Below, piece by piece: positions 46,192 through 55,023 of a stretch of 64,000 bases of DNA. The notes under the pieces were generated by a model. The model was given only the letters and a program-made list of their open reading frames with translations. It did not search any database and was not told where the DNA came from. Made by a program: the position numbers and the translations under genes. The first letter of the stretch is position 1; every line of letters starts with the position of its first letter. The DNA is from an uncultured Gemmatimonadales bacterium (GTDB lineage Bacteria > Gemmatimonadota > Glassbacteria > GWA2-58-10), in the NCBI GenBank assembly GCA_964548275.1, contig CAZJQI010000008.1:14286-78285 (forward strand), written 5' to 3'.

Positions 46192-46660
46192 TTTAATCGA
46201 AAAGAATTCCCCGAAGCTCTGCTTTGGTGTAAATTGCTTTATGGTTTTATCCTTGTTTTCATAGAGTTGCCTCGTGACACATACAATATTTATTCTCATC
46301 CTTCACAATTCGGGAAGAATGGGATTTAAACCTGGGGATCTTATTTCAGATCGTGCTTGAAAGCCACCATTCCCTCCTAACAAGGGGGTACATTCCAAAT
46401 TTTCCCCTATCAAGGGGGTTCATTCCAATTCCCTCCTAACAAGGGGGTACATTCCAAATTTTCTCCTATCAAGGGGGTTCATTCCAATTCCCCCCTATCA
46501 AGGGGGGACATTCCAAATTCCCCCCTATCAAGGGGGGAGACAGGGGGGTGTTATATTAAACAGTTGGGGTTTGGTACCCGAAATCGGGATCACGAATTTC
46601 AGGGATTCACACAAAAATTACACTGATACTCCGAGGCTTACCGCGGGGTAGTTCATTTAT
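46192..46660. repeat. Dispersed intergenic element, copy C (expanded copy, contains the tandem hairpin array)
   Basis: Left motif tttaatcgaaaagaattccccgaagctctgctttggtgtaaa at 46192. Right motif gatactccgaggcttaccgcggggtagttcatttat at 46625. Interior holds expanded repeats ending in agacaggggggtgt, as in copy B. Confidence 0.6.
46368..46549. repeat. Tandem array of ~29-30 bp hairpin-forming units (alternating two unit types, ~59 bp higher-order repeat, about 3 copies)
   Basis: Contiguous units cattccaa(a)ttccctcctaacaagggggta and cattccaaattttcccctatcaagggggtt. Each contains a C-tract...G-tract able to pair (CCCCC-N6-GGGGG). There are no intervening spacers. Confidence 0.8.
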
Positions 46661-46823
46661 AAACAAGTATTTTTTCCAAAATATTTCTTTGGAAGTTGAA
46701 CAAGTTATTAACAAAAAGAGTCTTTAAACCAGGTCCAATTTCTGCCTTGCCAGTTTAAACCCGCCTTCATCCCAGCCTAATAAAAGGCAGTATTAGATAA
46801 AATGGCAACAAATGGAGAATTAA

Positions 46824-47528
46824 ATGGGTCAGATGACTAAAGATGAACTTCACCAGTATGATGGAAAACAGGGGAACAAGGCTTACGTGGCCTTTGAAGG
46901 GAAGATTTACGATCTTACCGGAAGCAAGCTCTGGAAAAACGGGGTTCACCTGAAGACCCACCATGCAGGCCACGACCTGACTTTGGCCATGAAAGCCGCA
47001 CCGCACGGCCCACAGGTAATGGAGCGTTATGAGGCGGTTGCAGAATTGGTCGAGGAGAAAGCGGTTGAAGCCGCAAAGCCGGCGCTGAAAACCCCGGGCA
47101 AGCTCGCGACAATGATCCTGGACCGGCACCCTCATCCCATTTCAGTGCATTTCCCGATAGCCCTGAGCATCAGCGCTGCGTTGTTGTCAATCCTCAGTCT
47201 TTATATACCGAACCACGCGCTTGAAAAAGCCGCTTTTTATAACATGATTTTCGCAGCAGTGACCACACCGGTATCCATCTTTACCGGTGTTTTAAGCTGG
47301 TATTACAATTACAGCGGCATCTGGACTCACATCTACCGCATGAAAATCCTTCTCTCAATCGTTCTGATGGTATTATTTGCCGCTGCCTTGATTGTACATT
47401 TTGGTTTTCTCACCAGTGGTGAGAATGGTGGATTCTGGTACTGGCTCTACACAATGAGCGTTCTTTTCATGGCTCCAACAGTGATGGGCCTTGGTTATTA
47501 CGGTGGAAAAATAACTTTTCCCTCTTAA
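46824..47528 (+). CDS. Cytochrome b5-like heme/steroid-binding domain fused to a polytopic membrane domain
   Basis: DELHQYDGKQGNKAYVAFEGKIYDLTGSKLWKNGVH...HAGHDLT is the b5/MAPR-type fold pattern. C-terminal half has 4-5 TM helices. Confidence 0.55.
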   Translation: MGQMTKDELHQYDGKQGNKAYVAFEGKIYDLTGSKLWKNGVHLKTHHAGHDLTLAMKAAPHGPQVMERYEAVAELVEEKAVEAAKPALKTPGKLATMILDRHPHPISVHFPIALSISAALLSILSLYIPNHALEKAAFYNMIFAAVTTPVSIFTGVLSWYYNYSGIWTHIYRMKILLSIVLMVLFAAALIVHFGFLTSGENGGFWYWLYTMSVLFMAPTVMGLGYYGGKITFPS

Positions 47529-47537
47529 CGGGAGTTT

Positions 47538-48059
47538 ATGGCTATGGATAAATCAGAGATAAAGCAACTGGAAAATATGATTGAAGTTGTGATGTGTTTC
47601 ATCCCAAAGGAGCGGCAGGCTCATGATGTTTTCATGAATGCCTCGAAGGAATCCAAATTAGAGATGGCGCGGGTTCTTTTCGAAACCTTGGCAAATCAGG
47701 AGGAACAGCACGAGTCCAGGTTGCGGGCCACCCTGGAACTGCTCAAACAGGAACTGGATGAGGCAAAGGGGAAAGAGGTGCCGGATATAGGCATGGACCA
47801 CATGGAAGATGAAGAGATACCTGCGGAAGAGAGAATCAGGGACATCGAGCGGGCGATGGAAGTGGTGATGCGGATGATCCCCAAGGAGCACGCTCTCAGC
47901 CAGTTATACCTTTCTACTGCAAAACAGGCAAGAAGAGAATTCACCAGAACACTATTCGAGTGGCTTGCCGACCAGGAAAAACAGCACGAATCCAAGCTCC
48001 GCGGAATACTCGACCTGCTTAAAATGCAGGCTCACGAGATCAGGCATAAGCAGGATTGA
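47538..48059 (+). CDS. Ferritin-like / rubrerythrin-like diiron protein built from an internal tandem duplication
   Basis: Two ~80 aa repeats (IEVVMCFIPKERQAHDVF...LANQEEQHESRLRATLELLKQE and MEVVMRMIPKEHALSQLY...LADQEKQHESKLRGILDLLKMQ), each with an ExxH motif. Confidence 0.45.
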   Translation: MAMDKSEIKQLENMIEVVMCFIPKERQAHDVFMNASKESKLEMARVLFETLANQEEQHESRLRATLELLKQELDEAKGKEVPDIGMDHMEDEEIPAEERIRDIERAMEVVMRMIPKEHALSQLYLSTAKQARREFTRTLFEWLADQEKQHESKLRGILDLLKMQAHEIRHKQD

Positions 48060-48116
48060 GGCAAGCCAGGCTGATGTTCGATAAAAAGTGGTAGGGGTAA
48101 CTAATCGATATTATAC

Positions 48117-48150
48117 CGGCAGTGCTCTCGAGCCGCTGCCGGTTTTTATC
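48117..48150 (+). terminator. Rho-independent terminator after the ferritin-like gene
   Basis: Stem CCGGCAG / CUGCCGG (7 bp) with 13-nt loop, followed by UUUUUAUC. Confidence 0.55.
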
Positions 48151-48359
48151 ATCAGGATATTGGGTAAGGCGATTACACCTGAATATACTTCTGGTTTAAG
48201 GGATAAGTAATTTTGGGCTTTACAAATCATATCTATTATATTATATATATATTATAATAGAGAGTATATTAAGATTGATCAAACTTTAGCGAATTAACCC
48301 GGATTTTACGCGGGCTGTCTAAAACGGTGCCTGCGCTGTTAACTGCTGGAGGGAATTCA

Positions 48360-49202
48360 ATGTGGAATTACACGGATAAAGTTATGGAGCACTTTCGTAA
48401 CCCGAAAAACGTCGGCTATATCAAGGATGCGGACGGAGTGGGGGAGGTCGGATCGACGGCCTGCGGCGATGCCCTGAGGCTGATGTTCAAGCTTGATGAC
48501 CAAAGCCGGATAGCCGATGCCAGGTTCCAGACATTCGGCTGCGGAAGCGCCATAGCAACCTCTTCCGCTCTGACTGAAATGATCAAAGGCAAGACTCTGG
48601 AAGAGGCTGAGAAAATAACTAACCAGGATATCGTGAGTTTCCTGGGAGGATTACCCGAGCAGAAAATGCATTGCTCGGTGATGGGCAGGGAGGCTCTCGA
48701 GGCTGCCATTGAGAATTGCCGAAACGGTACGACAGGCAAGCGTGAACTTGAGGGCCATGTAGTCTGTGTCTGTTTTGGAGTGACAGAGGATAAAATAAGG
48801 TCTGCAATCAGAGACAACGGTCTGACCACTGTCGAACAGGTTACCAACTATACCAAGGCAGGCGGGGGCTGCGGCGGCTGCATCCCTGAAATCGAGGAAA
48901 TCCTGGCCGAGATGAACGGCAAGAAATCCTCGGAGGAAAAACCAGCAAAACCTCAACCCAAGAAACTGACCACACTCGAGAAGATCAGGCTTATCGAGAA
49001 AGTAATCCAGGAAGATATCAGGCCGGAGCTGAAAAAACACGGCGGTGATCTGGAACTTGTCGATATCGACGGTAATAACGTGATAGTAAAACTGTTAGGT
49101 TCATGCACCGAATGCGGCATAACCCGGTTTACCCTTAATACTCTTATCGAGCCGAAACTTCGCCAGAAGGTCTCAAGTGAACTGGCTGTAATGGAGGGAT
49201 AG
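48360..49202 (+). CDS. nifU: NifU-type Fe-S cluster assembly scaffold (IscU-like N-domain, BFD-like [2Fe-2S] middle, NifU C-domain)
   Basis: SD GGAGGG before ATG 48360. GSTACGDALRLMFKLD...FQTFGCGSAIATSSAL (IscU-type Cys). CVCFGVTEDKI...GGGCGGCIPEI (BFD-like). C-terminal LLGSCTECGIT (NifU CxxC). Confidence 0.85.
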   Translation: MWNYTDKVMEHFRNPKNVGYIKDADGVGEVGSTACGDALRLMFKLDDQSRIADARFQTFGCGSAIATSSALTEMIKGKTLEEAEKITNQDIVSFLGGLPEQKMHCSVMGREALEAAIENCRNGTTGKRELEGHVVCVCFGVTEDKIRSAIRDNGLTTVEQVTNYTKAGGGCGGCIPEIEEILAEMNGKKSSEEKPAKPQPKKLTTLEKIRLIEKVIQEDIRPELKKHGGDLELVDIDGNNVIVKLLGSCTECGITRFTLNTLIEPKLRQKVSSELAVMEG

Positions 49203-50365
49203 TGAACAAGATAGTCTACCTCGACAACAACGCCACCACCAGAGTGGCTCCGGAAGTATTCATAGAGATGAAGCCCTTCCTGAGCGATTTCTATGGAAAT
49301 CCATCGAGTATCCATACTTTCGGAGGAGGGTGTCGCAAGTTTATCAATAAGGCCAGGGAACAGGTCGCCGAACTACTGGCCGCTGAGCCTGAGGAAATAA
49401 TTTTCACCGGGAGCGGCTCCGAAAGCGACAACACCGCAATTATGGGAGCACTGGAGCTTGCGGGCCCTGAAAAGAGACATGTGATAATCACCCAGGTCGA
49501 GCATGAGGCGGTCCTGGAAGTCGGCCATTATCTCAAGCGAAAAGGTTACCGGGTGACCGAACTTCCCGTGGACCGTAAAGGCGCGCTAAATCTTGACCTT
49601 CTTGCAGATTTGATTACTGAGGACACCGCGGTGGTGAGTGTAATGTGGGCCAATAACGAAACCGGGGTCGTTTACCCGATAGAGCAAATCGCCGAGATAG
49701 TCAAATCAAAAGGTGTGTATTTCCATACTGACGCGGTGCAGGCAGTCGGAAAAATTCCTGTTGATTTGAGCAGGGTGCCTGTGGATTTCCTGGCTCTCTC
49801 CGGACACAAGTTTCATGCACCCAAAGGTGTCGGCGTTCTTTTCGTGCGTAATGGAATCAAGATGCCGCCTTACATCCGGGGTGGGCACCAGGAAAACGGA
49901 ATACGCGCCGGTACTGAGAACGTGGCAGGTATTGTAGGGCTCGGCAAGGCGGCCGAGCTTGCCAGGGAGCGTATGTCTGCGGATGCAGACCATGAAAAAA
50001 CACTGCGAGACAAGCTCGAGAAAGGCATCCTGGCCACCTGCAAGGACAGCCGGGTCAACGGCGCCAACAGGCTGCCCAATACCCTGAATGTGAGTTTCGA
50101 GTTTGTCGAGGGCGAATCCATTCTGCTGATGCTCGATGATCTCGGTATCTGCGCCTCCTCTGGGTCGGCCTGCACCTCGGGATCGCTGGAGCCGTCGCAT
50201 GTTCTTCGCGCAATGGGTGTTCCTCACTCTATGGCCCACGGTTCGATAAGGTTCAGCTTGAGCCGCTATACCACGGAAGAGGAAATCGATTACGTGCTGG
50301 AGCACATGCCGAAAGTTATCGACCGCCTGAGGGAGATTTCTCCTTTCACCCACCAGATTGCCTGA
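49202..50365 (+). CDS. nifS: Cysteine desulfurase NifS/IscS
   Basis: YLDNNATT, SGHKFHAPKGVG (PLP lysine), SSGSACTSGSLEPSHVL (active-site Cys loop). GTG start overlaps the nifU stop. Confidence 0.85.
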   Translation: MNKIVYLDNNATTRVAPEVFIEMKPFLSDFYGNPSSIHTFGGGCRKFINKAREQVAELLAAEPEEIIFTGSGSESDNTAIMGALELAGPEKRHVIITQVEHEAVLEVGHYLKRKGYRVTELPVDRKGALNLDLLADLITEDTAVVSVMWANNETGVVYPIEQIAEIVKSKGVYFHTDAVQAVGKIPVDLSRVPVDFLALSGHKFHAPKGVGVLFVRNGIKMPPYIRGGHQENGIRAGTENVAGIVGLGKAAELARERMSADADHEKTLRDKLEKGILATCKDSRVNGANRLPNTLNVSFEFVEGESILLMLDDLGICASSGSACTSGSLEPSHVLRAMGVPHSMAHGSIRFSLSRYTTEEEIDYVLEHMPKVIDRLREISPFTHQIA

Positions 50366-50384
50366 TACAGTAGAGTAAAAGAAT

Positions 50385-51197
50385 ATGCCGGAATTACCGG
50401 AAGTTGAGACAATAGTACGCCAGCTTCAACCGGGCCTGGCAGGCTGCAGAATAGTATCTGTCGAAATCCTCGATCCCAGGCTGGAAACCCCGGCGAAAAA
50501 CAAGCTTCCCGGCAGGAAGATTCTCGATATCACCCGGCTCGGCAAGCAGGTCTGCCTGGAGCTTTCAGGCAATGACAGAGATGAAATGAAACTCTGGCTT
50601 CTGTTCCACCTGCGCATGACCGGCCGTTTGATCACCCATAGCTGCAGCTTGGACCAGAACGAGAGGCACCTTCGCGCGCGGCTGGTTCTCGACCAGGGAA
50701 GCCTGCTGTTCTATGATATGCGCAGTTTCGGCTGCCTTCTGGTGCTTGATTCCCTGCAGGAGGCCCTGCCTAAAGGAATCGATCCTCTATCTCGCCGATT
50801 TACCAGACGGAAGCTCAGGGAACTTATCAACGGTTCGAAACAGGAAATTAAGCCCTGGCTGCTGCGCCAGGATCGCCTGGTGGGGCTGGGCAATATCTAC
50901 ACCTCGGAAATACTGTTCGCCTCTGGAATAGACCCGCGAAGGCAGGCGGGTTCTCTTAAATCCGATGAACTGCATCGCTTGCACAGCCAGATTCGTCGGA
51001 TTCTCCTGCTTGCTATAAAAAACTGCGGCACCACATTCTCCGATTTCCAGGACTCCCAGGGACGAACCGGCTCTTTCCAACGTCTTCTTTCAGTTTACGG
51101 CAAAACAGGGCAGCCATGTCCCAACTGCTCCGGGCCGATCCAGCGCATTGTGCAGCAGCAGAGGAGCACCTTTTTCTGCTCCGCATGCCAGAAATAG
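50385..51197 (+). CDS. mutM: Formamidopyrimidine-DNA glycosylase MutM/Fpg
   Basis: MPELPEVETI N-terminus (catalytic Pro2/Glu3). C-terminal zinc finger CPNCSGPIQRIVQQQRSTFFCSACQ. Confidence 0.9.
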   Translation: MPELPEVETIVRQLQPGLAGCRIVSVEILDPRLETPAKNKLPGRKILDITRLGKQVCLELSGNDRDEMKLWLLFHLRMTGRLITHSCSLDQNERHLRARLVLDQGSLLFYDMRSFGCLLVLDSLQEALPKGIDPLSRRFTRRKLRELINGSKQEIKPWLLRQDRLVGLGNIYTSEILFASGIDPRRQAGSLKSDELHRLHSQIRRILLLAIKNCGTTFSDFQDSQGRTGSFQRLLSVYGKTGQPCPNCSGPIQRIVQQQRSTFFCSACQK

Positions 51198-51391
51198 TTC
51201 ATCCACTGGAGGAAACTTCCACGCCCCTTACTTGTTAAATCAAATTTTAACACAGCAGGTCTTGACATCTCCTCCCACAGGCAATACGTATTTAAAGAAG
51301 AGCACCCGGGAGGCAGATTCGCTCTTTTTCTTGTCTGATAATCTCGAAATCAAGATCAGGCTCTATATACATTTTTTCAAAGGAGCATTAC

Positions 51392-51907
51392 ATGTCTGAA
51401 AGACAGGGAGCAGCCTTCATGAAAGGCAACCCGCTCACTCTTGTCGGCAATGAGGTTAAAGCAGGGGATAAGGCTCCGGATTCCGTGCTGGTGGGCAGCG
51501 ACCTGAGCGAGGTCAGGTTGTCCTCTTTTTTCGGCAAGGTGCTGGTGCTCTCAGCCGTGCCGTCGCTGGACACACCGGTCTGCGACACAGAAACCAGGCG
51601 GTTCAATGAGGAAGCAGCCAGGCTGGGCCATGAGGTTAAGATCGTCACGGTTAGTATGGACCTGCCATTTGCACAGAAACGCTGGTGCGGTGCTGCCGGG
51701 GTGGAAAACGTGGTGACCCTGTCCGACCACCGCAATGCCAGCTTCGGCCAAGATTACGGCATACTGATCAAGGGCTTGCGCCTTCTTGCCCGGGCTGTTT
51801 TCGTGGTGGACAAAGAGGGTGTGGTGCGTTACGTCCAACTGGTCAAAGAGGTGGCCGATGAGCCTGATTACGATGAGGTCTTGGCTGAAGTTAAAAAGCT
51901 GCTCTAG
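51392..51907 (+). CDS. tpx: Thiol peroxidase Tpx (atypical 2-Cys peroxiredoxin)
   Basis: SAVPSLDTPVCDTE (peroxidatic Cys) and FAQKRWCGAAG (resolving Cys). 171 aa, with SD AAAGGAG upstream. Confidence 0.85.
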   Translation: MSERQGAAFMKGNPLTLVGNEVKAGDKAPDSVLVGSDLSEVRLSSFFGKVLVLSAVPSLDTPVCDTETRRFNEEAARLGHEVKIVTVSMDLPFAQKRWCGAAGVENVVTLSDHRNASFGQDYGILIKGLRLLARAVFVVDKEGVVRYVQLVKEVADEPDYDEVLAEVKKLL

Positions 51908-51965
51908 AAATTGATTCGGCTTTTATCATACATAATCCTTTTACTTACCGGCACAGGAGGTTCCA

Positions 51966-52340
51966 ATGGCAGGCAGAGGCCAGGTTTTTAAATGCTCGGA
52001 ACATGAAATACTGGTCGAGGTGCTTCACGGGGGCGACGGAGAACTGCAGATCAACGGCAAACCTATGAAGCAAATGACCGAGAACACGGTTGATGCCGCA
52101 ACAGAAAAACACGTCCCGGTTATCCAGAGGACATCGCACGGTTACACGATTCATGTGGGAAGTGTGGCCCACCCCATGGAAGAAAGCCATTATATCGAGT
52201 GGATCGAACTGGTTACCGGGGACATGGTTTGCCGCAAATACCTCAAACCCGGTGACCAGCCGGTCGCCGAGTTTCCCGTGGTGGGCGAAAATGTTGTCGC
52301 CAGGGAGTACTGCAACCTGCACGGATTGTGGAAGGCCTGA
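51966..52340 (+). CDS. dfx: Desulfoferrodoxin-type superoxide reductase with degenerate N-terminal (desulforedoxin-like) domain
   Basis: C-terminal SOR site residues KHVPV, H...H, C-N-L-H (EYCNLHGLW). N-terminal domain has a single Cys (FKCSEHEILVEVL) rather than the four-Cys FeS4 site. Confidence 0.7.
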   Translation: MAGRGQVFKCSEHEILVEVLHGGDGELQINGKPMKQMTENTVDAATEKHVPVIQRTSHGYTIHVGSVAHPMEESHYIEWIELVTGDMVCRKYLKPGDQPVAEFPVVGENVVAREYCNLHGLWKA

Positions 52341-52412
52341 AAAAAGGGAAAGGTTATTCTTGTTTGACTAAAGGGGAGCGGGCCTGTGAGCCGCTTCCCT
52401 TTTTTCTTTTTT

Positions 52413-52500
52413 AGTCCAAAAGAATCGCTCGAATCTTTACCCCGGAGTAATCCTTCCAGAAGATCAGTCTTTAATCCCCCCTTTGGAAAAGACTCGTTCT
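52413..52500. repeat. Possible degenerate copy D of the dispersed intergenic element
   Basis: agtccaaaagaatcgctcgaatctttacc resembles the left-end motif (about 20/31). Followed by taatccttccagaag and tttaatcccccctttggaaaagac, which resemble internal units. Confidence 0.3.
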
Positions 52501-52909
52501 CTGCACTAGCTTTGGAAAGGTGATTATAATTGGTGCAAAGGTTGCCAATCACAGTATTTGCTTCTCCTATCAGATGACGGGGGAAACTTTCAGCATGAAG
52601 ATGTTTGCTGAAATCCTGCCGCCGATTTATCGATTGCGGTGTTATGCAGCTTAAAATGAGGGGAAAAACATTTATTTTTTTTTGCTATGATCAATATACC
52701 ACTTGACACTTTGAAAGAAAACAATTAATTATAATTAAAGAAGTTTAAAATCCTTCCGATTCCGGGCAGGAGGACATAATATTGCGATAAAACAAAAGAA
52801 AGCCAAACCAAGGCATAACAGTTTTAATATAGAGAATAGCGGTTTATATCCCCCCTCCTATTAATCCCTTATAATCTATTATTCGAAGTAATCTGCGCAG
52901 GAGGGCTCT

Positions 52910-54085
52910 ATGACCTGTCTTAAGATCAGAATACTGGCTTTATCTGCTGTTTATGGGATCACGCTGCTTGTTACAGAGGCTTTTTGCCAGGGAATCGATA
53001 GAGATGAGTACAGCGGAATAGATAATGACATCAATTCTGTTGTGATAACAGGCAAATCAAACCTGAAGACTGCCGAATTCCTAGAGATTCCTGCCTCCGC
53101 CCGTGGAATAGCACTGGGGAGCGCCTTCAGCGCAGTTGGCGATGATGTCAATTCCATATGGTGGAACCCGGCTGGACTGTCTTATCTAACCAGGATCGAG
53201 ACCTCGGTTTCGCACTTGAATTACAATCACCAATTCGGTATGGATTACACCTTCGCCGCCGCGGGAATTCCGATAATCAGAAACAAACTCACGCTCGGTG
53301 CTTTTTTCGGCTATTTTGACTACCGGGATTTTGAAATCACATCTATATCTCAACCCACCGGTACGGGGGAAATAGCCAAATTCTTCGATTATCAGGCCGG
53401 TGGCTCTTTGTCCTACCGTATTTTAAAAAATCTATCTTTGGGTTTCAGCCTCAAGCGAGTGCATCTTGACATGGGCGCCGCATACAAAGCCAGTGCGCTG
53501 GCTTTAGACGCAGGAGCCTTATACCGCTACAGCCATTCCAATCATCAGCTAAGCCTTTCCATTTCAGTACAAAACTACGGGACCGATTTTTCCAGCGAAA
53601 GAGTGATAGACAATGACATCAATCTGGATACAACCAGGGTAAGCCGCTATGGATTTTATAAAACTGTTACCTATGAGTTGCCTAGTTCGGTAACACTCGG
53701 GTTCGGCTACCAATATCAATTTGCTCAGAACTACAACATTCTGACTTCCTTCGAGTACTGCAAACCCAAAGAATTTTTAAACTCATATCAAAGTCTTAAG
53801 TCGCTTGGCATGGAATTCAATTGGCCGGTGTCAAAATTTCTGAAAGCCTCTGTCCGCGCAGGACGGCTTACCCTGGAAGGCCGCCGGCAGGCAGTATATG
53901 TGGAACAATTAAAGTATATGTTTCTAGGGGAAGGGGAATATACCCTGAAAAACCGGACCGAATCCCGATTAGGCTGCGGCTTGGATTTCACTGTCGCCAG
54001 CAGGTATGTCAGACTCGATTATGCGAGGAACATGAGGCAGGGCATACCGAACCAGGATTTTCTCACCCTGAGTGTAGGAATTTGA
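52910..54085 (+). CDS. porV: PorV-like (LptO / FadL-like) outer-membrane beta-barrel protein, probable T9SS component
   Basis: 391 aa with signal peptide. EFLEIPASARGIALGSAFSAVGDDVNSIWWNPAGLS matches the conserved PorV/UPF0164 N-terminal block. Remainder shows alternating beta-strand patterns. Confidence 0.7.
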   Translation: MTCLKIRILALSAVYGITLLVTEAFCQGIDRDEYSGIDNDINSVVITGKSNLKTAEFLEIPASARGIALGSAFSAVGDDVNSIWWNPAGLSYLTRIETSVSHLNYNHQFGMDYTFAAAGIPIIRNKLTLGAFFGYFDYRDFEITSISQPTGTGEIAKFFDYQAGGSLSYRILKNLSLGFSLKRVHLDMGAAYKASALALDAGALYRYSHSNHQLSLSISVQNYGTDFSSERVIDNDINLDTTRVSRYGFYKTVTYELPSSVTLGFGYQYQFAQNYNILTSFEYCKPKEFLNSYQSLKSLGMEFNWPVSKFLKASVRAGRLTLEGRRQAVYVEQLKYMFLGEGEYTLKNRTESRLGCGLDFTVASRYVRLDYARNMRQGIPNQDFLTLSVGI

Positions 54086-54109
54086 GGCCTGGATGTGGAG
54101 GCGAGCTCT

Positions 54110-54871
54110 GTGAGCTGTCTCAAGATTAGAATACTGGCTTTATCTGCTGTTTGCGGGATCACGCTGCTTGTATCCGGCGGCTGCCAGAGCGACAATCCGC
54201 TCGCACCCGGGAAAGGAGCGATTCTGCAGGATTACCTGCCGCTGCAGGGCAACAGCCAGGCTTACAGATTCACCTTGTTTTACTCATCGTGGCATGGACC
54301 GGATTCCTATTACTCCCATAACATAAACGGCATTTGCCAGATAATTATCATAAGAGGCCCGGACAATGCATCCTATTTTCACCTGATATCGACTGCTATA
54401 TTCAACGTTGAATTAGACTCCATTTTTAAACAACCGTATTATCCCGAATACGAAACTACCGTGAATAAAGATTACAGTATCTCCCATTCCAGTGATTTAT
54501 ACCTGTCCGCGGATTCCCTGTGGTACGAGGTGGACGATTCAGATACCTCGGATGCCGTGACCCGCAGGTTTGCAATGAATTACTCCAAAGACACGGGAGG
54601 CAGCGTCCTGGACCTGGCCCCGTTCCTTCCGCCCGGCTGGGAAATCAAACTATTTGGGCACAGTCCCGAAATATTGTCGAATAATACAGCCGAGACGAAA
54701 GGAGACACCCTTATTTATACTTTCGATGTAAGGCACAGACCTACAGATGTATATGAAGGTACAGCAAAGTTTCTGAAAGGCGCAGGACTCTTCTCCATCC
54801 AGTATACATTTTCGTGGGGCGAGGGGACGCTCTCAATTACACGCACGACTATCTCCTACACGAAAATCTGA
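54110..54871 (+). CDS. Lipoprotein of unknown function; shares its RBS and signal-peptide DNA with porV
   Basis: GTG 54110 preceded by GGAGG. Signal SCLKIRILALSAVCGITLLVSGGC is encoded by a 67 bp stretch that is 62/67 identical to the porV 5' end. Mature protein has no recognisable domain. Confidence 0.5.
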   Translation: MSCLKIRILALSAVCGITLLVSGGCQSDNPLAPGKGAILQDYLPLQGNSQAYRFTLFYSSWHGPDSYYSHNINGICQIIIIRGPDNASYFHLISTAIFNVELDSIFKQPYYPEYETTVNKDYSISHSSDLYLSADSLWYEVDDSDTSDAVTRRFAMNYSKDTGGSVLDLAPFLPPGWEIKLFGHSPEILSNNTAETKGDTLIYTFDVRHRPTDVYEGTAKFLKGAGLFSIQYTFSWGEGTLSITRTTISYTKI

Positions 54872-55023
54872 TCCGGACGCAAATACCTCGTATAACAGCA
54901 AAGGGGCTGTCCCAAAAGGGCAGTCCCTTTTTATTTTGAGTCTGATAAAGTAATTTTCCTTGCGGTAAAAATGGGTCAGATTTTGTCCGGGAGCTTAGAC
55001 AGCATTTTACACCGCGGGGCTGT

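Noticed and set aside
46368-46549. Possible CRISPR array
   Set aside because: Units are directly contiguous with no unique spacers, two alternating unit variants, and no cas genes nearby. It is a tandem minisatellite-like repeat.
51262-51294. Sigma-70-like promoter upstream of tpx (TTGACA then TACGTA/TATTTA)
   Set aside because: -35 is perfect but no convincing -10 at 16-18 nt spacing. Left as unconfirmed.
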